64,000 bases of DNA from Methanocaldococcus sp. 28A (GTDB taxonomy: Archaea > AGJL01 > Methanococci > Methanococcales > Methanocaldococcaceae). Position 1 is the first letter of the stretch. Every line of letters starts with the position of its first letter. The stretch lies in assembly GCA_049852185.1 (NCBI GenBank), contig CP187540.1. One strand, 5' to 3'. Of the stretch, positions 53,511 to 64,000 are shown piece by piece. Under the pieces are notes generated by a model that ran no database searches, had not been told where the DNA came from, and saw nothing but the letters and a program-made list of their open reading frames with translations. The position numbers and the translations under genes are program-made.

Positions 53511-54116
53511 ATGACAACGCATATAATAAACATAGGATTTCACGCTGAGCATATTTATAAACCAATTGCAGAGTATGGAGCAAAAAAAGTAATTCTTGTA
53601 TATTCAAAAGATAAAGAAGAATATGTAAAAGAAGAGGATTTAAAAAAAGTTGATGAGGCTCTAAAAAAAGCAAAAGAGTTATGCAATATGCTTGGGATTG
53701 AATGTGAGGAAGTAAAGATAAACGGGATAGAGTTTGAAAAAAATGTTGAAATGTTAAGAGACATCATAAAAAAAGAGGACGACAAAGTTATTGTAAATAT
53801 AACTGGTGGTAGAAAAATAACATCTCTCGCATTGCTTTATGCCTCATTATATGAATTTCAAAAAGTAGATAAAATTGTTTATGTACACAAAAAGAGGATT
53901 ATAGAACTTCCAAAAATAGCACATCCATACAATTTAACAAAATTTGAAAGGAAAATTTTAGCATCGCTAAACGAAGGAGAAAAAACGATAACTGAGTTGG
54001 CAAAAGAGTTTAATGTCTCTCTACCAGCAATTATAAAGTATGTAAATTCCTTAGAAAGTAAAGGACTCATAAAAACTAAAAAAATAGGTAGAAAAAGAAT
54101 AGTTAAATTAAATTAA
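53511..54116 (+). CDS. csa3: Second Csa3/CasR-like CARF-wHTH regulator, divergent from cas10d
   Basis: IGF, NITGGRK CARF motif; C-terminal ArsR-like HTH. Confidence 0.88.
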   Translation: MTTHIINIGFHAEHIYKPIAEYGAKKVILVYSKDKEEYVKEEDLKKVDEALKKAKELCNMLGIECEEVKINGIEFEKNVEMLRDIIKKEDDKVIVNITGGRKITSLALLYASLYEFQKVDKIVYVHKKRIIELPKIAHPYNLTKFERKILASLNEGEKTITELAKEFNVSLPAIIKYVNSLESKGLIKTKKIGRKRIVKLN

Positions 54117-54823
54117 TCAATATTCATAACCATCCCAAAACCCATACTATTTTTCTCTCCAAAGCCACACTCATAACCAAATTTTATTAGTTCATAATCT
54201 CCCCAAACCTTAAACACCATTTCAGAACATCTACAGTAAATATCCTTTATTCTCATTCTCTTAGTTTTATATTTTAAGATTTCGAATTCAAAGTTCATAT
54301 CACATTTTTCGTTATAAAATGCTTCATATTTCTTTTTTAGATTATTTTTTAAATTTTCATAAAATTTTGAATTATTTGGAAGTAAATCATAGTCTTTTAA
54401 TTTACCATCTACATTAATTTTTGTTTTTAAATATATTGGAGAAATTGTTTTTAATATATTAAATTTTTTTGGTATTGGAAGTATTTTAGCCTTATTTATA
54501 TAAAACTCAATATTTCCTACTCTTAGTTTTCCATCTTCTAAAAGCCCTTCAACAAAATTCTCTATAAATTCAGTTTTTGGAGAAGAGATATAGAGATAAG
54601 CTTTTCCATCTATTGTTTCAATCCCCTCCTTTCTAATAACTCTCTTTTTTATCTGCAATAAAGAGAAGGTAAAGAACTTAAATTTTTGATAGCTATGTAA
54701 TCTTTCAGCATATTCTGGACTTGCAGAGTGTATTTTGTTATATATGGCGGATGCCAAATAATACTGATGATTGTAAGGAATAACTGTAAAATTATCTGTT
54801 TGCAGTTCTAATTCAATTCTCAT
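54113..54823 (-). CDS. cas6: CRISPR endoribonuclease Cas6
   Basis: FKFFTFS, C-terminal GFGEKNSMGFG glycine loop. Confidence 0.96.
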   Translation of the reverse strand: MRIELELQTDNFTVIPYNHQYYLASAIYNKIHSASPEYAERLHSYQKFKFFTFSLLQIKKRVIRKEGIETIDGKAYLYISSPKTEFIENFVEGLLEDGKLRVGNIEFYINKAKILPIPKKFNILKTISPIYLKTKINVDGKLKDYDLLPNNSKFYENLKNNLKKKYEAFYNEKCDMNFEFEILKYKTKRMRIKDIYCRCSEMVFKVWGDYELIKFGYECGFGEKNSMGFGMVMNID

Positions 54824-54876
54824 ACTCCCCCTCAAAAAAGATTTAAATAGATGATAATTGTTTTATTTTATATTTA

Positions 54877-54974
54877 ATAAGACTTTCGCAGTAATAAATA
54901 TAAAAATGTAAAAAATACTTAAAATAGGACTTTCATGCTTTATATATTTGATAATATTCCTGCAAAAGTCATAT
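54877..54974. repeat. Two degenerate family B repeat fragments upstream of cas6
   Basis: ATAAGACTTTCGCAG at 54877; ATAGGACTTTC...TGCAAAAGTCATAT at 54924-54974. Confidence 0.6.
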
Positions 54975-55014
54975 TGGAAATTATATCATTAAAAAATATA
55001 AAAAAAGAAATAAT

Positions 55015-55500
55015 TTATTCTTCTTTGAAGTATTCATCATAAACTCCGGCATCAATTTCTTTTTGTACTTCTTTAGGGTCTTTTCCTTCAACTGTTACTC
55101 CCATTGAACCACATGTTCCTAAAACTTCTTTTACAGCGTTTTTTAAAGTATAGGAGAGCATTGAATCCATTTTCATCTTGGCTATTTTAATAACTTGCTC
55201 TAATGTTAAGTTTCCAACAACTTCGTGTCTTGGTTCGTGAGCGGCTGTTTCAATTCCCAACTCTTTTTTAATTAAAGCAGTTGTTGGAGGAATTCCTACT
55301 TCAATTTCAAACTTTCTTGTTTCTGTATCAACTATAACTTTAACTGGAACTTGCATTCCTTCATAGTCTTTTGTTTTTTCATTAATCTCTTTAACAACCT
55401 GCATGACGTTAACTCCTAAAGGCCCAATTGCTGGTCCTAATGGTGGTCCTGCTGTTGCTCTACCTCCAGTAACTAATACTTCAACAACCTCTTTAGCCAT
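55015..55500 (-). CDS. rpl11: 50S ribosomal protein L11
   Basis: [20 protein letters not shown]. Confidence 0.98.
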   Translation of the reverse strand: MAKEVVEVLVTGGRATAGPPLGPAIGPLGVNVMQVVKEINEKTKDYEGMQVPVKVIVDTETRKFEIEVGIPPTTALIKKELGIETAAHEPRHEVVGNLTLEQVIKIAKMKMDSMLSYTLKNAVKEVLGTCGSMGVTVEGKDPKEVQKEIDAGVYDEYFKEE

Positions 55501-55684
55501 AATATTCACCTCAAAGTATATTGGAATGACTGTTCAGTTTAGATACTTAAATGTTTCATTTTTCCTTATAAAAAGAATTAATGTGTAGATAAAATTAATG
55601 CATTAGGTATATAAAGTTATGCCTTCCATATAAATTTAATAGAACTATAATAAGATTTTATAATAATTATGGTGATGTTTATTA

Positions 55685-55818
55685 TATAGTATTGTGCAAA
55701 ATAAAATAAACTTTAAGTAAGAAGGACAATTTAAATGCCTTCCAAAAGGAAGACATTTATTAATGCCTTATTTATTATAAACACATTTGCACAAAGCTAT
55801 AAACTGCGGAAGTCCTAT
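55685..55818. repeat. Family A repeat followed directly by a family B right end
   Basis: TATAGTATTGTGCAAA...TTTGCACAAAGCTATA then AACTGCGGAAGTCCTAT. Confidence 0.8.
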
Positions 55819-56262
55819 TTAATCTTTATGCTTTGAAACTATTTTAACACCTTCGACAGATAAGGTTATTGGTATAGGAACTGTAGCATTCTCAAGTTCT
55901 AAAGTAACCTCTTCTTTATTTTTATCTACTCTAATAACCTTTGCTCTCTCTCCTTTAAACGGACCTGCAATAATTTCAACAACATCTCCTTTCTCAATGT
56001 TTTCAATAATTTTCTTTGGAGTTAATAATGGTTCTATTTCTTCAATAGCCACTGTCCCAGGAACGATTCCTCTAACTCTTGGCATTCCTTTTATTAATTC
56101 CTCGACATCTCCTTTAGACTCCGCCTCAACTAAAACATATCCTTTCAATGATTCAGATGCTAATATTGAGTAAACATCTAATTGTTCCTTTTCAACTCTA
56201 CTTGCCATTAATCCTGCTATATTCTTTTCCTGACCAACCATAGTTCTAACTGCAAAAATCAT
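55819..56262 (-). CDS. spt5: Transcription elongation factor Spt5 (NusG)
   Basis: GQEKN, LKGYVLVEA, KOW GDVVEIIAGPFKGE. Confidence 0.97.
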   Translation of the reverse strand: MIFAVRTMVGQEKNIAGLMASRVEKEQLDVYSILASESLKGYVLVEAESKGDVEELIKGMPRVRGIVPGTVAIEEIEPLLTPKKIIENIEKGDVVEIIAGPFKGERAKVIRVDKNKEEVTLELENATVPIPITLSVEGVKIVSKHKD

Positions 56263-56358
56263 AGTCTCACCTAATAAATTTTAAAAAAATAAAATAAAAA
56301 ATACGTTAAAATACTGTATAAAAAAGTTTCTAAATTTATTTATTGTTGTTTAATTAAG

Positions 56359-56583
56359 TTATACTTTTGGAGTAGCAGGAGGTTTTAATAAACTTTTAAT
56401 ATATGTTGCTGGGACGTGGATTATATAGCCAATAATTCCTAATAAAGATATCCCTAAGGCAGTAATTTTAGCAACAGCTATATATTCATCTTTTGTGGGC
56501 TTTTTCAAAACTAACCAAACTCTCTTACATTCTTCAAGGAACTCTTTAAGCTGTTCCATTTTTTGATTAAAATTTACTTCCAT
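56359..56583 (-). CDS. secE: Protein translocase subunit SecE
   Basis: RVWLVLKKPTKDEY followed by a TM helix. Confidence 0.95.
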   Translation of the reverse strand: MEVNFNQKMEQLKEFLEECKRVWLVLKKPTKDEYIAVAKITALGISLLGIIGYIIHVPATYIKSLLKPPATPKV

Positions 56584-56592
56584 TGTATCCCC

Positions 56593-57687
56593 TTAAATTT
56601 TTGGAATATTTAGTAAATCAGTTTTTTTCCTTTTAAGTCCAGTAGCTCCAAATTCAACTCTTGATTGAACTCCAGTAACAACTAATAAAACTTTCACAGT
56701 ATTTTCTAAGTTTTCATCTATTGTTGCTCCCCAAATTATTGTAGCGTTAGGGTCCAATCTTGAGGAAACTGTAGCAACTACATCTTTAGCTTCATCTAAT
56801 GTTAAATCTTCAGGACCCATTATATGTATTAAAGCCCCAGTAGCTCCATCTATATCAACATCTAATAGTGGAGAGTTTAATGCCATGTTAACAGCTTCTT
56901 TAGCCCTTTTCTCACTATCACTCTCGCCAATACCAATCATTGCTAATCCTCCATTGCTCATAACAGCTTTAACATCGGCAAAGTCAACGTTAATTAATCC
57001 ATCTTTAGTTATTAATTCTACTAATCCTTTTACAGCGTTAATTAAAACTTCATCAGCTACTTTAAATGCCAATTTTAATGGCATATTTGGAACTATTTCA
57101 AATAATTTTTCATTAGGGATAACAACTAATGTGTCAGTATTTTGCTTTAGTTTTTCTAAACCTTCCATTGCATTTTTCATTCTAACTTTTCCTTCCATAG
57201 CAAATGGTAGAGTAACTACAGCAACAGTTAAAGCTCCTATTTTTTTGGAAATTTCAGCTACAATTGGGGCTGAACCTGTTCCTGTACCTCCACCTAATCC
57301 ACAGGTAATAAATACCATATCTGAATCCTGAATTGCTGCTTTAATCTCTTCAGCACTTTCTTTTGCTGCTTCTTCACCAATCTTTGGATTACCTCCAGCA
57401 CCAAGACCTCTTGTTAATTTTTTACCAATTAAAATCTTTTTATCTGCTTTTGTTCTTATTAATTGTTGAGCATCTGTATTAATAGCAATTGTTTTAGCTC
57501 CTTCTATACCCTCCAATGTTAATCTTGTAATGGTGTTGTTTCCTGCCCCACCACAACCTACTACTGTAATCCTTGCTTTAGTTTGTTGCAAATATTCCAT
57601 TAATTCTTGATCTTCTGGGGATAATTCTAATTCGTTGAATTCCTCTGATTTATATCCCTCTTCTAAAACATTTTTTAGAAATTTCAC
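56593..57687 (-). CDS. ftsZ: Cell division protein FtsZ1
   Basis: GGAGNN, GGGTGTG, INVDFAD. Confidence 0.98.
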   Translation of the reverse strand: MKFLKNVLEEGYKSEEFNELELSPEDQELMEYLQQTKARITVVGCGGAGNNTITRLTLEGIEGAKTIAINTDAQQLIRTKADKKILIGKKLTRGLGAGGNPKIGEEAAKESAEEIKAAIQDSDMVFITCGLGGGTGTGSAPIVAEISKKIGALTVAVVTLPFAMEGKVRMKNAMEGLEKLKQNTDTLVVIPNEKLFEIVPNMPLKLAFKVADEVLINAVKGLVELITKDGLINVDFADVKAVMSNGGLAMIGIGESDSEKRAKEAVNMALNSPLLDVDIDGATGALIHIMGPEDLTLDEAKDVVATVSSRLDPNATIIWGATIDENLENTVKVLLVVTGVQSRVEFGATGLKRKKTDLLNIPKI

Positions 57688-57950
57688 GTTATGACCTCCA
57701 TAAAATTATTTTTGTTTTTAATATTACTATTACTATAAATTAATTACTATAAATTAATAAATATTAGTAAATAACCTAAATGGTTATATATGAATATTTT
57801 ATATACTATTCTCCTACGTGGTTCTTCATCTGGAATCATTGATGTGGCATATTATTATTACAATTTTAAAATTTGATATAAAAATCTATTGGTCATAACT
57901 TATCATAATAAAATAATTTAGGTTGAAATCATTGAGTATTAAAAAGTTAT

Positions 57951-59072
57951 TTGGTGAGTATTATGGTTAAACTTCCTGCCATATCAAAAAAACCAAGGGA
58001 AATTGCCAAACAAAAAATTATTGAACTGGCTAAAAAGATGTATGATGATTTAATGAAGGGGAAAAGACCAAGGATAACAATGCCAATTAGAAGTTTATCT
58101 AATGCCGTATTTGATAAAGAGAAGGGTTCATTTACTTTGGTAGGTAAAGAAAAGACAAGAACATTAACTGTAAATCAGGCAAAGATTTTTGCACAAACTA
58201 CTAAGATGTTGGAATTTGCTAAGCAGTTATTAGAAACTAATGATTTTTCAACATTAAGGGAAGCTTATTATGTCTCAAAAAATTGGGGAGAAGCAAGATT
58301 TGATGACCAACAGGCATCAAACAATGTTATTGAAGATTTAGAAGCAGCTTTAGGAGTTTTGAGAGAACACCTTGGATTTATTCCTGAGGAAGATGGTTCT
58401 TCTGTTGTAGGACCATTAAAAATTATAGAAGAAACTCCTGAAGGAGAGCTTGTTGTTGATTGTACAAAGTTGGGTACTGGAGCTTATAACATTCCAAATG
58501 ATGTAACAAAATTAAATCTTGAGACAGATGCTGATTTTGTATTGGCAATAGAAACATCAGGTATGTTTGCAAGATTAAATGCAGAGAGATTTTGGGATAA
58601 GCATAACTGTATATTGGTTTCATTAAAAGGGGTTCCTGCAAGAGCAACAAGGAGGTTTATAAAAAGACTTCATGAAGAACACGACCTACCTGTTTTAGTA
58701 TTTACAGATGGGGACCCTTATGGATATTTAAATATTTATAGAACTCTAAAAGTTGGTAGTGGTAAAGCAATTCATTTAGCTGATAAGTTATCAATTCCTG
58801 CCGCGAGGCTGATTGGAGTTACCCCACAGGATATTGTTGATTATGATTTACCAACTCACCCATTGAAGGAACAAGATATTAAGAGGATAAAAGATGGTTT
58901 AAAAAATGATGACTTTGTAAGAAGTTTCCCAGAATGGCAAAAAGCTTTAAAACAGATGCTTGATATGGGTGTGAGAGCAGAGCAGCAGTCTTTAGCTAAG
59001 TATGGTTTAAAGTATGTGGTTAATACTTATTTACCTGAAAAAATTAAAGATGAAAGCACATGGTTACCATAA
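57951..59072 (+). CDS. top6A: DNA topoisomerase VI subunit A
   Basis: TLREAYY, TDGDPYG TOPRIM, AEQQSL. Confidence 0.96.
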   Translation: MVSIMVKLPAISKKPREIAKQKIIELAKKMYDDLMKGKRPRITMPIRSLSNAVFDKEKGSFTLVGKEKTRTLTVNQAKIFAQTTKMLEFAKQLLETNDFSTLREAYYVSKNWGEARFDDQQASNNVIEDLEAALGVLREHLGFIPEEDGSSVVGPLKIIEETPEGELVVDCTKLGTGAYNIPNDVTKLNLETDADFVLAIETSGMFARLNAERFWDKHNCILVSLKGVPARATRRFIKRLHEEHDLPVLVFTDGDPYGYLNIYRTLKVGSGKAIHLADKLSIPAARLIGVTPQDIVDYDLPTHPLKEQDIKRIKDGLKNDDFVRSFPEWQKALKQMLDMGVRAEQQSLAKYGLKYVVNTYLPEKIKDESTWLP

Positions 59073-59181
59073 TTTTTTGAATGTGGATTAAATTAATTTA
59101 AATTTTATTTAACTATTAATTCAAAAATTATTTGGTTTTAATATCTAAAATAAAAAATAAAAACAAAAATTTTTAAAATTA

Positions 59182-59271
59182 TGGCGCAGGGGCTGGGATT
59201 TGAACCCAGGCGGGGCAAAGCCCCACTGGATCTCAAGTCCAGCGCCGTAGTCCTGGCTTGGCTACCCCTGC
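59182..59271 (-). tRNA. tRNA-Ser(UGA)
   Basis: CTGGA-CTTGAGA-TCCAG arm, long variable arm, G73 discriminator, CCA. Confidence 0.92.
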
Positions 59272-59432
59272 ACAAAACAGGCATAATGAAGAATATAATG
59301 ATTTAGTATATAAATTTTACGGTCAATGAGAAGATGTCAAGATAAGGATTAAATAAATAATTAAATAAATATGTGCAAATATACAGGAAAATATGAAACT
59401 CTCACAAATAGAAACGTTAAAGGATGGATTAT

Positions 59433-59530
59433 TTAGCTGGAATTTTGTATTATTTAGGATTATCGTTAAGAAATGTTAGTTTGTTTCTCTAACAGTTTAA
59501 GAGTATAAGTCATGAATCGGTTAGACAATT
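59433..59530 (+). pseudogene. IS6-family transposase fragment
   Basis: Reads [30 protein letters not shown], the N-terminal HTH of archaeal IS6 transposases, with a stop. Confidence 0.7.
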
Positions 59531-59536
59531 TTTATT

Positions 59537-59977
59537 TTATAAAATTTTTATATCAAATTGACAGAAATCATCGCCTAAACCTACACAGTGTGTTTCAGTT
59601 GCTCTAACCTTTTTATTTAATATCTTTTCTAAACAACCTGCAATAAATCCTCCTTCAAACCAACATAGTGGCTTACCAACTTTTGGAAGTCCAGAGCAAG
59701 AGATACACTCATAAACTCTAATTTGTAGAGGATTTTTATTTACAATCTCCATTTTCCCAAGTTTATATTCATCATAAAATTTTATCATATCATCAATAGA
59801 TGAATGATTCAAACTTTTTCCCAGTTCTTTCCCACATTCATAAATTATTCCATTTGCTTCTCTTCCTAAAAATCTTTCTAAGTCCATAAATCTTATTAAT
59901 CTAAAAACGGTAATATCTATATCTCTACCTAAGGAATTTCTATTAGATTTTGAAAGTTCATCTATTGAAAATTTCAT
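59537..59977 (-). CDS. V4R-domain protein
   Basis: ECISCSGLP, LCWFEGGFIAGCL, ETHC..LGDDFC. Confidence 0.9.
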   Translation of the reverse strand: MKFSIDELSKSNRNSLGRDIDITVFRLIRFMDLERFLGREANGIIYECGKELGKSLNHSSIDDMIKFYDEYKLGKMEIVNKNPLQIRVYECISCSGLPKVGKPLCWFEGGFIAGCLEKILNKKVRATETHCVGLGDDFCQFDIKIL

Positions 59978-60069
59978 AATATTGCCCCCTTAATAAAAAT
60001 AATAAGTAATCTAGGAATTATGATGGTTTAATTGTTCATAGATATTTAAATTTTAATAAATTTTAAATT

Positions 60070-61086
60070 CTACTTAAATAAGTTATTTGAGCTTCTTCTA
60101 ATCATTCCCTCAACAGCACACTTTCCAACTAATGATATGGCTTCTTTTATCAAAGCCTGAGGAGCTACTAAATATGTCTCATTAACTTCTTTCTCTCCAA
60201 TAGTTGATTTATCAAACTCTTCGATAATCTTCAAAGCTAACTTTAAATCTTTCTGCTTTTCATCAATTAGCATATTTTTTGCAGATGTAATTAAAGCATC
60301 TTTATCTAAAACCGTCATCAATCCTTCAAGTCCTGAAGTTTCAATAATTGAGGCAATAGTTTGAAGAGAAACCAATATTTGCTTTTCTATCATATCTTTT
60401 GGAACATTAATAATTTCTTTTCCGACTCTATAATAGTCTAAGACTCCTACTAAAGTTATTGCAGTAACTAAAACATTCATATCTGCAACTGCAGGCACTA
60501 CATCTGCAGGAGCTATATATGGTGTTTTTCCAATGCTTTTCACTAGTTCAACTAATTTGTTTATTTGTTCTTCTGTTACATACTCTTTACCTTCTAATGC
60601 TTTTCCAGCAATTGTATAATATTTCTGTCCTGGAGTTCCTGGAACTCCTGTTGGGTGCATTGATGAAATTCCAACATCTTTTCTTTTTAATCTTAAAATT
60701 CCTTCCAATGACCTATATAAAACAGGAGTAGGAATAGTACATGTGTTACAAATAACAGCATTTTCGGGGACATGTTCAATAATCTTCTTTGCAATGTTTA
60801 TTGTTATTTTACCAAACGGTGTAAATAAGATATGAACTTCTCCATGTTTTGCTGCTTCTATATCATCACTAACAACTTTAACTCCAGCTTCTTCAACTTT
60901 CTTCCATAATTCTTCACTCATTATATTTTTATTAGGTTCTGATAGGATAACATCATGTCCAGCTTTAGCAAATTCTATAGCCATTCTTGCTCCACCATAA
61001 GGTGGTTCTCCACCAAATTTTTCTGGTAGATTTAATTGGTTTATATATAAATCTTGATTTCCCGCTCCGTATATTGATATTTTCAT
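60070..61086 (-). CDS. H2-forming methylene-H4MPT dehydrogenase-related protein (HmdII/III paralog)
   Basis: YGAGNQ, PPYGG, FTPFG, NTCT, SSMHP.GVPGTP. Confidence 0.88.
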   Translation of the reverse strand: MKISIYGAGNQDLYINQLNLPEKFGGEPPYGGARMAIEFAKAGHDVILSEPNKNIMSEELWKKVEEAGVKVVSDDIEAAKHGEVHILFTPFGKITINIAKKIIEHVPENAVICNTCTIPTPVLYRSLEGILRLKRKDVGISSMHPTGVPGTPGQKYYTIAGKALEGKEYVTEEQINKLVELVKSIGKTPYIAPADVVPAVADMNVLVTAITLVGVLDYYRVGKEIINVPKDMIEKQILVSLQTIASIIETSGLEGLMTVLDKDALITSAKNMLIDEKQKDLKLALKIIEEFDKSTIGEKEVNETYLVAPQALIKEAISLVGKCAVEGMIRRSSNNLFK

Positions 61087-61126
61087 TTTAATCCCTCCAT
61101 AGTAAAATTTAGAAGACTTAATTAGT

Positions 61127-61483
61127 TTAAATCATAGCTTTTATTTTTTCTGCAGCTCTTTTCATAGTAATTCTAATTAGACCTAAGTTAACTTTTGCAT
61201 CAGTTAAAACAACTAAGATTCCCTCACCAGCATCGACCATTAAAGTTTTACCATGCTCTCCTTCAACCATTGTTTGCACTAAACTACCCATACCAATTTC
61301 TGCAGCTGTTCTCTCAGCTGCCCCAAATGCTGCTGATGCCATAGCCCCTACTAACTCGGCATCAATATTTCCTGGCAATTGAGTAGCTATAACTAATCCA
61401 TCTTTCCCTACAACCATTGAACCTTTAATCCCTTCTGTCTTATTTAGCTCTATTAATACTCTATCTATCATACAACCCCCCAA
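61127..61483 (-). CDS. Roadblock/LC7 (MglB-like) protein
   Basis: [16 protein letters not shown]. Confidence 0.9.
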   Translation of the reverse strand: MGGCMIDRVLIELNKTEGIKGSMVVGKDGLVIATQLPGNIDAELVGAMASAAFGAAERTAAEIGMGSLVQTMVEGEHGKTLMVDAGEGILVVLTDAKVNLGLIRITMKRAAEKIKAMI

Positions 61484-61718
61484 GAAATTAATTAATATAA
61501 ACTATTTAAATTTTATTTTTTAAATTTTATTTTATCTATTATAAACTATATTTTAAAATTTTAAATTTTATTTTATTAACTTTTATTTTATAATATATAA
61601 ACCTTACCATAAATATATCATAAATCATAACTGTTAATATATATTATTTAAAAATTAATAATACCTATTAAATTTCTAAAATAAAATCATTAAAAATTTT
61701 AATAACAACTACATTTAT

Positions 61719-61784
61719 AGAGGACTTTCACAGTTTAAATATTCATTAAGGAATTAACTATCCTAATACACTTTATTTGGTATT
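61719..61784. repeat. Family B repeat fragment
   Basis: AGGACTTTCACAGTTTAA...TTAAGGAATTAACTA; inverted homologue of 15383..15460. Confidence 0.65.
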
Positions 61785-61863
61785 AAGGAAATTTTAAAGC
61801 TTTTGTTTTAATAAATTGGTATTCTATTATCCTTAAGAAAGCAATATAATTTTGGTGTCAAAA

Positions 61864-64000
61864 ATGAGAGTAAAGATTAGAGTTAACGGTATAGTTCAAG
61901 GCGTGGGTTTTAGACCATTTGTTTATAGAATAGCTAAGAAAAATAATTTAAAAGGCTATGTAAAAAACATGGGAAATTATGTGGAAATTCTTATTGAAGG
62001 AACAAAAAAGAATATTGAAGATTTTATTAATGATTTAAAAAATAAGAAACCGCCATTATCAAGAATTGATAAATTAGATATTGAAGAGATTAAAGGGATT
62101 GAAGAGTTCAATGACTTCTACATTATAAGGAGTGAAGATACAAAAGATGAAGAAGAAGGAACTATTCCGGCTGATGTAGCAATATGTGATGACTGCTTAA
62201 AAGAAATGCTTGATAAAAAGGATAGAAGATATAGATACCCTTTTATAGCATGCACAAACTGTGGGCCTAGGTTTACAATAGTTGAAAAACTTCCTTATGA
62301 TAGAGAAAACACATCTATGAGAGATTTTCCTTTATGTGAAGAATGTTTAAAAGAATATAAAAATCCATTAGATAGGAGATTTCATGCTCAAGCTACTTGC
62401 TGTCCAATTTGCGGACCTAAGGTATTTTTAACTGATGGAAAAGATATTATTGCTGAGAAAGATGATGCAATTAGAGAAGCTGTTAAGTTATTAGAAGAAG
62501 GAAAAATCTTAGCTATAAAAGGGATTGGAGGAACTCATCTATGTTGTAAGGTTAGTGAAGATGAGCCTATTTTAAATTTGAGAAATAGATTAGGAAGACC
62601 TACACAACCATTTGCTGTGATGAGTAAAAGAGAGTATATAGATTTGTTTGCTGAAGTTGATGAAGATGAAAAAGAAGCGTTATTATCCTTAAGAAGGCCA
62701 ATAGTTGTTTTAAAGAAAGGGAAGGATTATGATAAATATTTTTCAGAGTATGTTTCTAATTTAGATACTATTGGAGTTATGCTTCCATATAGTGGGCTGC
62801 ATTATCTTTTATTTGATAAAGAGATAGCTTATGTTATGACCTCTGCTAATCTACCAGGATTGCCAATGGTTAAAGATAATTATGAGATATTAAAAAAACT
62901 CAATAGCATTGCAGATTATTTCTTATTGCATAATAGAAGGATAGTGAATAGGTGTGATGATAGCGTTGTTAAAAAGGTAGCTAATAGATTGGTTTTTTTA
63001 AGAAGGTCGAGGGGCTTTTCTCCTGAACCTATAAAGGTTGATATTGAAAATAACAAAAATATTCTATGCGTTGGGCCTGAACTAAACTCAACAGCTTGTA
63101 TAGTAAAGAAAGATAAGTTTTATTTAACTCAATATATAGGAAATACTTCAAAATATGAGACATTCTGCTATTTAAAAGATGCTATAAATAACATTTTGAG
63201 ATTAACAAATACAAATAAAATTGATGCTATTGTCTGTGACTTACATCCACAATTTAATTCAACAAAATTAGCTGAAGAGTTAGCTGAAAAATTTGGTGTT
63301 GAGGTTTTTAGAGTTCAGCACCACTTTGCACATGCTTATAGCTTATTTGGAGATAATAACTATTTTGGAGATGCTGTTATTTTGGCATTGGATGGAGTGG
63401 GGTATGGATTGGATGGAAATATATGGGGAGGGGAAGTTTTGTTATTTAAAGATGGTAAGATAGAAAGAGTAGGACATTTAGAAGAGCAGTATCAGTTGGG
63501 AGGAGATTTAGCAACTAAATATCCTTTGAGGATGCTACTTTCTATATTATATAAGGCAATTGGTGAAGAGGCTTTTGATTTTATAGAAAGATACAATTTC
63601 TTCTCAGAGAAAGAACTTAGATTATTAAAATTTCAAATTGAAAAAAAAATTAATTGTCCAATAACCACATCTACAGGAAGAGTTTTAGATGCTGTTTCAT
63701 CATTATTAGGAATTTGCTTTGAAAAAACATATGATGGAGAACCAAGTATAAGATTAGAGCCAGTGGCAAATAGGTTTAAAGGAGATATTGATGTAGAGCC
63801 AAGAATAAAAAATAATGTGTTAAATACTACAGAACTTATTTATAAATCCTATGAGATGCTTTTAAATAATGAAAGTAAAGAGAGAATAGCATACTTTGCT
63901 CATATTTATATAGCAAATGGATTATTTGAGATTGCTAAAAAATTGGCTGATAGATTTGGAATAGATACTATAGGTATTACTGGTGGGGTTTCGTACAATA
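61864..64000 (+). CDS. hypF: Carbamoyltransferase HypF (runs off the window end)
   Basis: GIVQGVGFRPFVY, CTNCGPR, RFHAQ, KGIGG, DLHP, QHH.AH, DGVGYG, WGGE. Confidence 0.97.
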   Translation, partial: MRVKIRVNGIVQGVGFRPFVYRIAKKNNLKGYVKNMGNYVEILIEGTKKNIEDFINDLKNKKPPLSRIDKLDIEEIKGIEEFNDFYIIRSEDTKDEEEGTIPADVAICDDCLKEMLDKKDRRYRYPFIACTNCGPRFTIVEKLPYDRENTSMRDFPLCEECLKEYKNPLDRRFHAQATCCPICGPKVFLTDGKDIIAEKDDAIREAVKLLEEGKILAIKGIGGTHLCCKVSEDEPILNLRNRLGRPTQPFAVMSKREYIDLFAEVDEDEKEALLSLRRPIVVLKKGKDYDKYFSEYVSNLDTIGVMLPYSGLHYLLFDKEIAYVMTSANLPGLPMVKDNYEILKKLNSIADYFLLHNRRIVNRCDDSVVKKVANRLVFLRRSRGFSPEPIKVDIENNKNILCVGPELNSTACIVKKDKFYLTQYIGNTSKYETFCYLKDAINNILRLTNTNKIDAIVCDLHPQFNSTKLAEELAEKFGVEVFRVQHHFAHAYSLFGDNNYFGDAVILALDGVGYGLDGNIWGGEVLLFKDGKIERVGHLEEQYQLGGDLATKYPLRMLLSILYKAIGEEAFDFIERYNFFSEKELRLLKFQIEKKINCPITTSTGRVLDAVSSLLGICFEKTYDGEPSIRLEPVANRFKGDIDVEPRIKNNVLNTTELIYKSYEMLLNNESKERIAYFAHIYIANGLFEIAKKLADRFGIDTIGITGGVSYN

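Noticed and set aside
56885-57331. 148-aa antisense ORF in ftsZ, and similar antisense ORFs in aksA, purD, rpl10 and the DUF92 gene
   Set aside because: Typical shadow frames produced by codon bias
57810-57850. Slightly GC-richer patch between ftsZ and top6A as a C/D box sRNA
   Set aside because: No convincing RUGAUGA/CUGA box pair

Overview
Low-GC archaeal chromosome segment from a hyperthermophilic methanogen, almost certainly Methanocaldococcus (mch, MptE, homocitrate synthase AksA, Hmd paralog, HypF, a Methanocaldococcus-type TyrRS/tRNA-Tyr pair). Most of it is housekeeping: rpoE/spt4/ribosomal proteins, the L1-L10-L12 operon, tbp, purD, purB, aroA, thiI, a histone, ftsZ-secE-spt5-L11, top6A, nine tRNAs and a 5S rRNA. 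Accessory content: (i) two CRISPR arrays (7 and 13 repeats, 30-bp repeat ATTAAAATAAGACCGAT[C/T]CGGTATGGAAAC) behind near-identical ~310-bp leaders; (ii) a 16-kb composite cas locus with complete type I-A and type I-D effector modules, one cas1/cas2/cas4/cas6 set, two Csa3-type CARF-HTH regulators and a probable internally translated Cas11d; (iii) a ~330-bp protein-free IS200/IS605-type element that keeps both end hairpins and appears to express a TnpB-type omega/guide RNA from its own promoter (my top candidate for an overlooked system); (iv) two decayed tnpB genes, an IS6 scrap, a diverged second copy of the purB 3' end that looks like an integration scar, and more than 15 copies or fragments of two palindromic MITE-like repeat families. 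All calls come from reading the sequence and remembered family motifs; no database searches were run.
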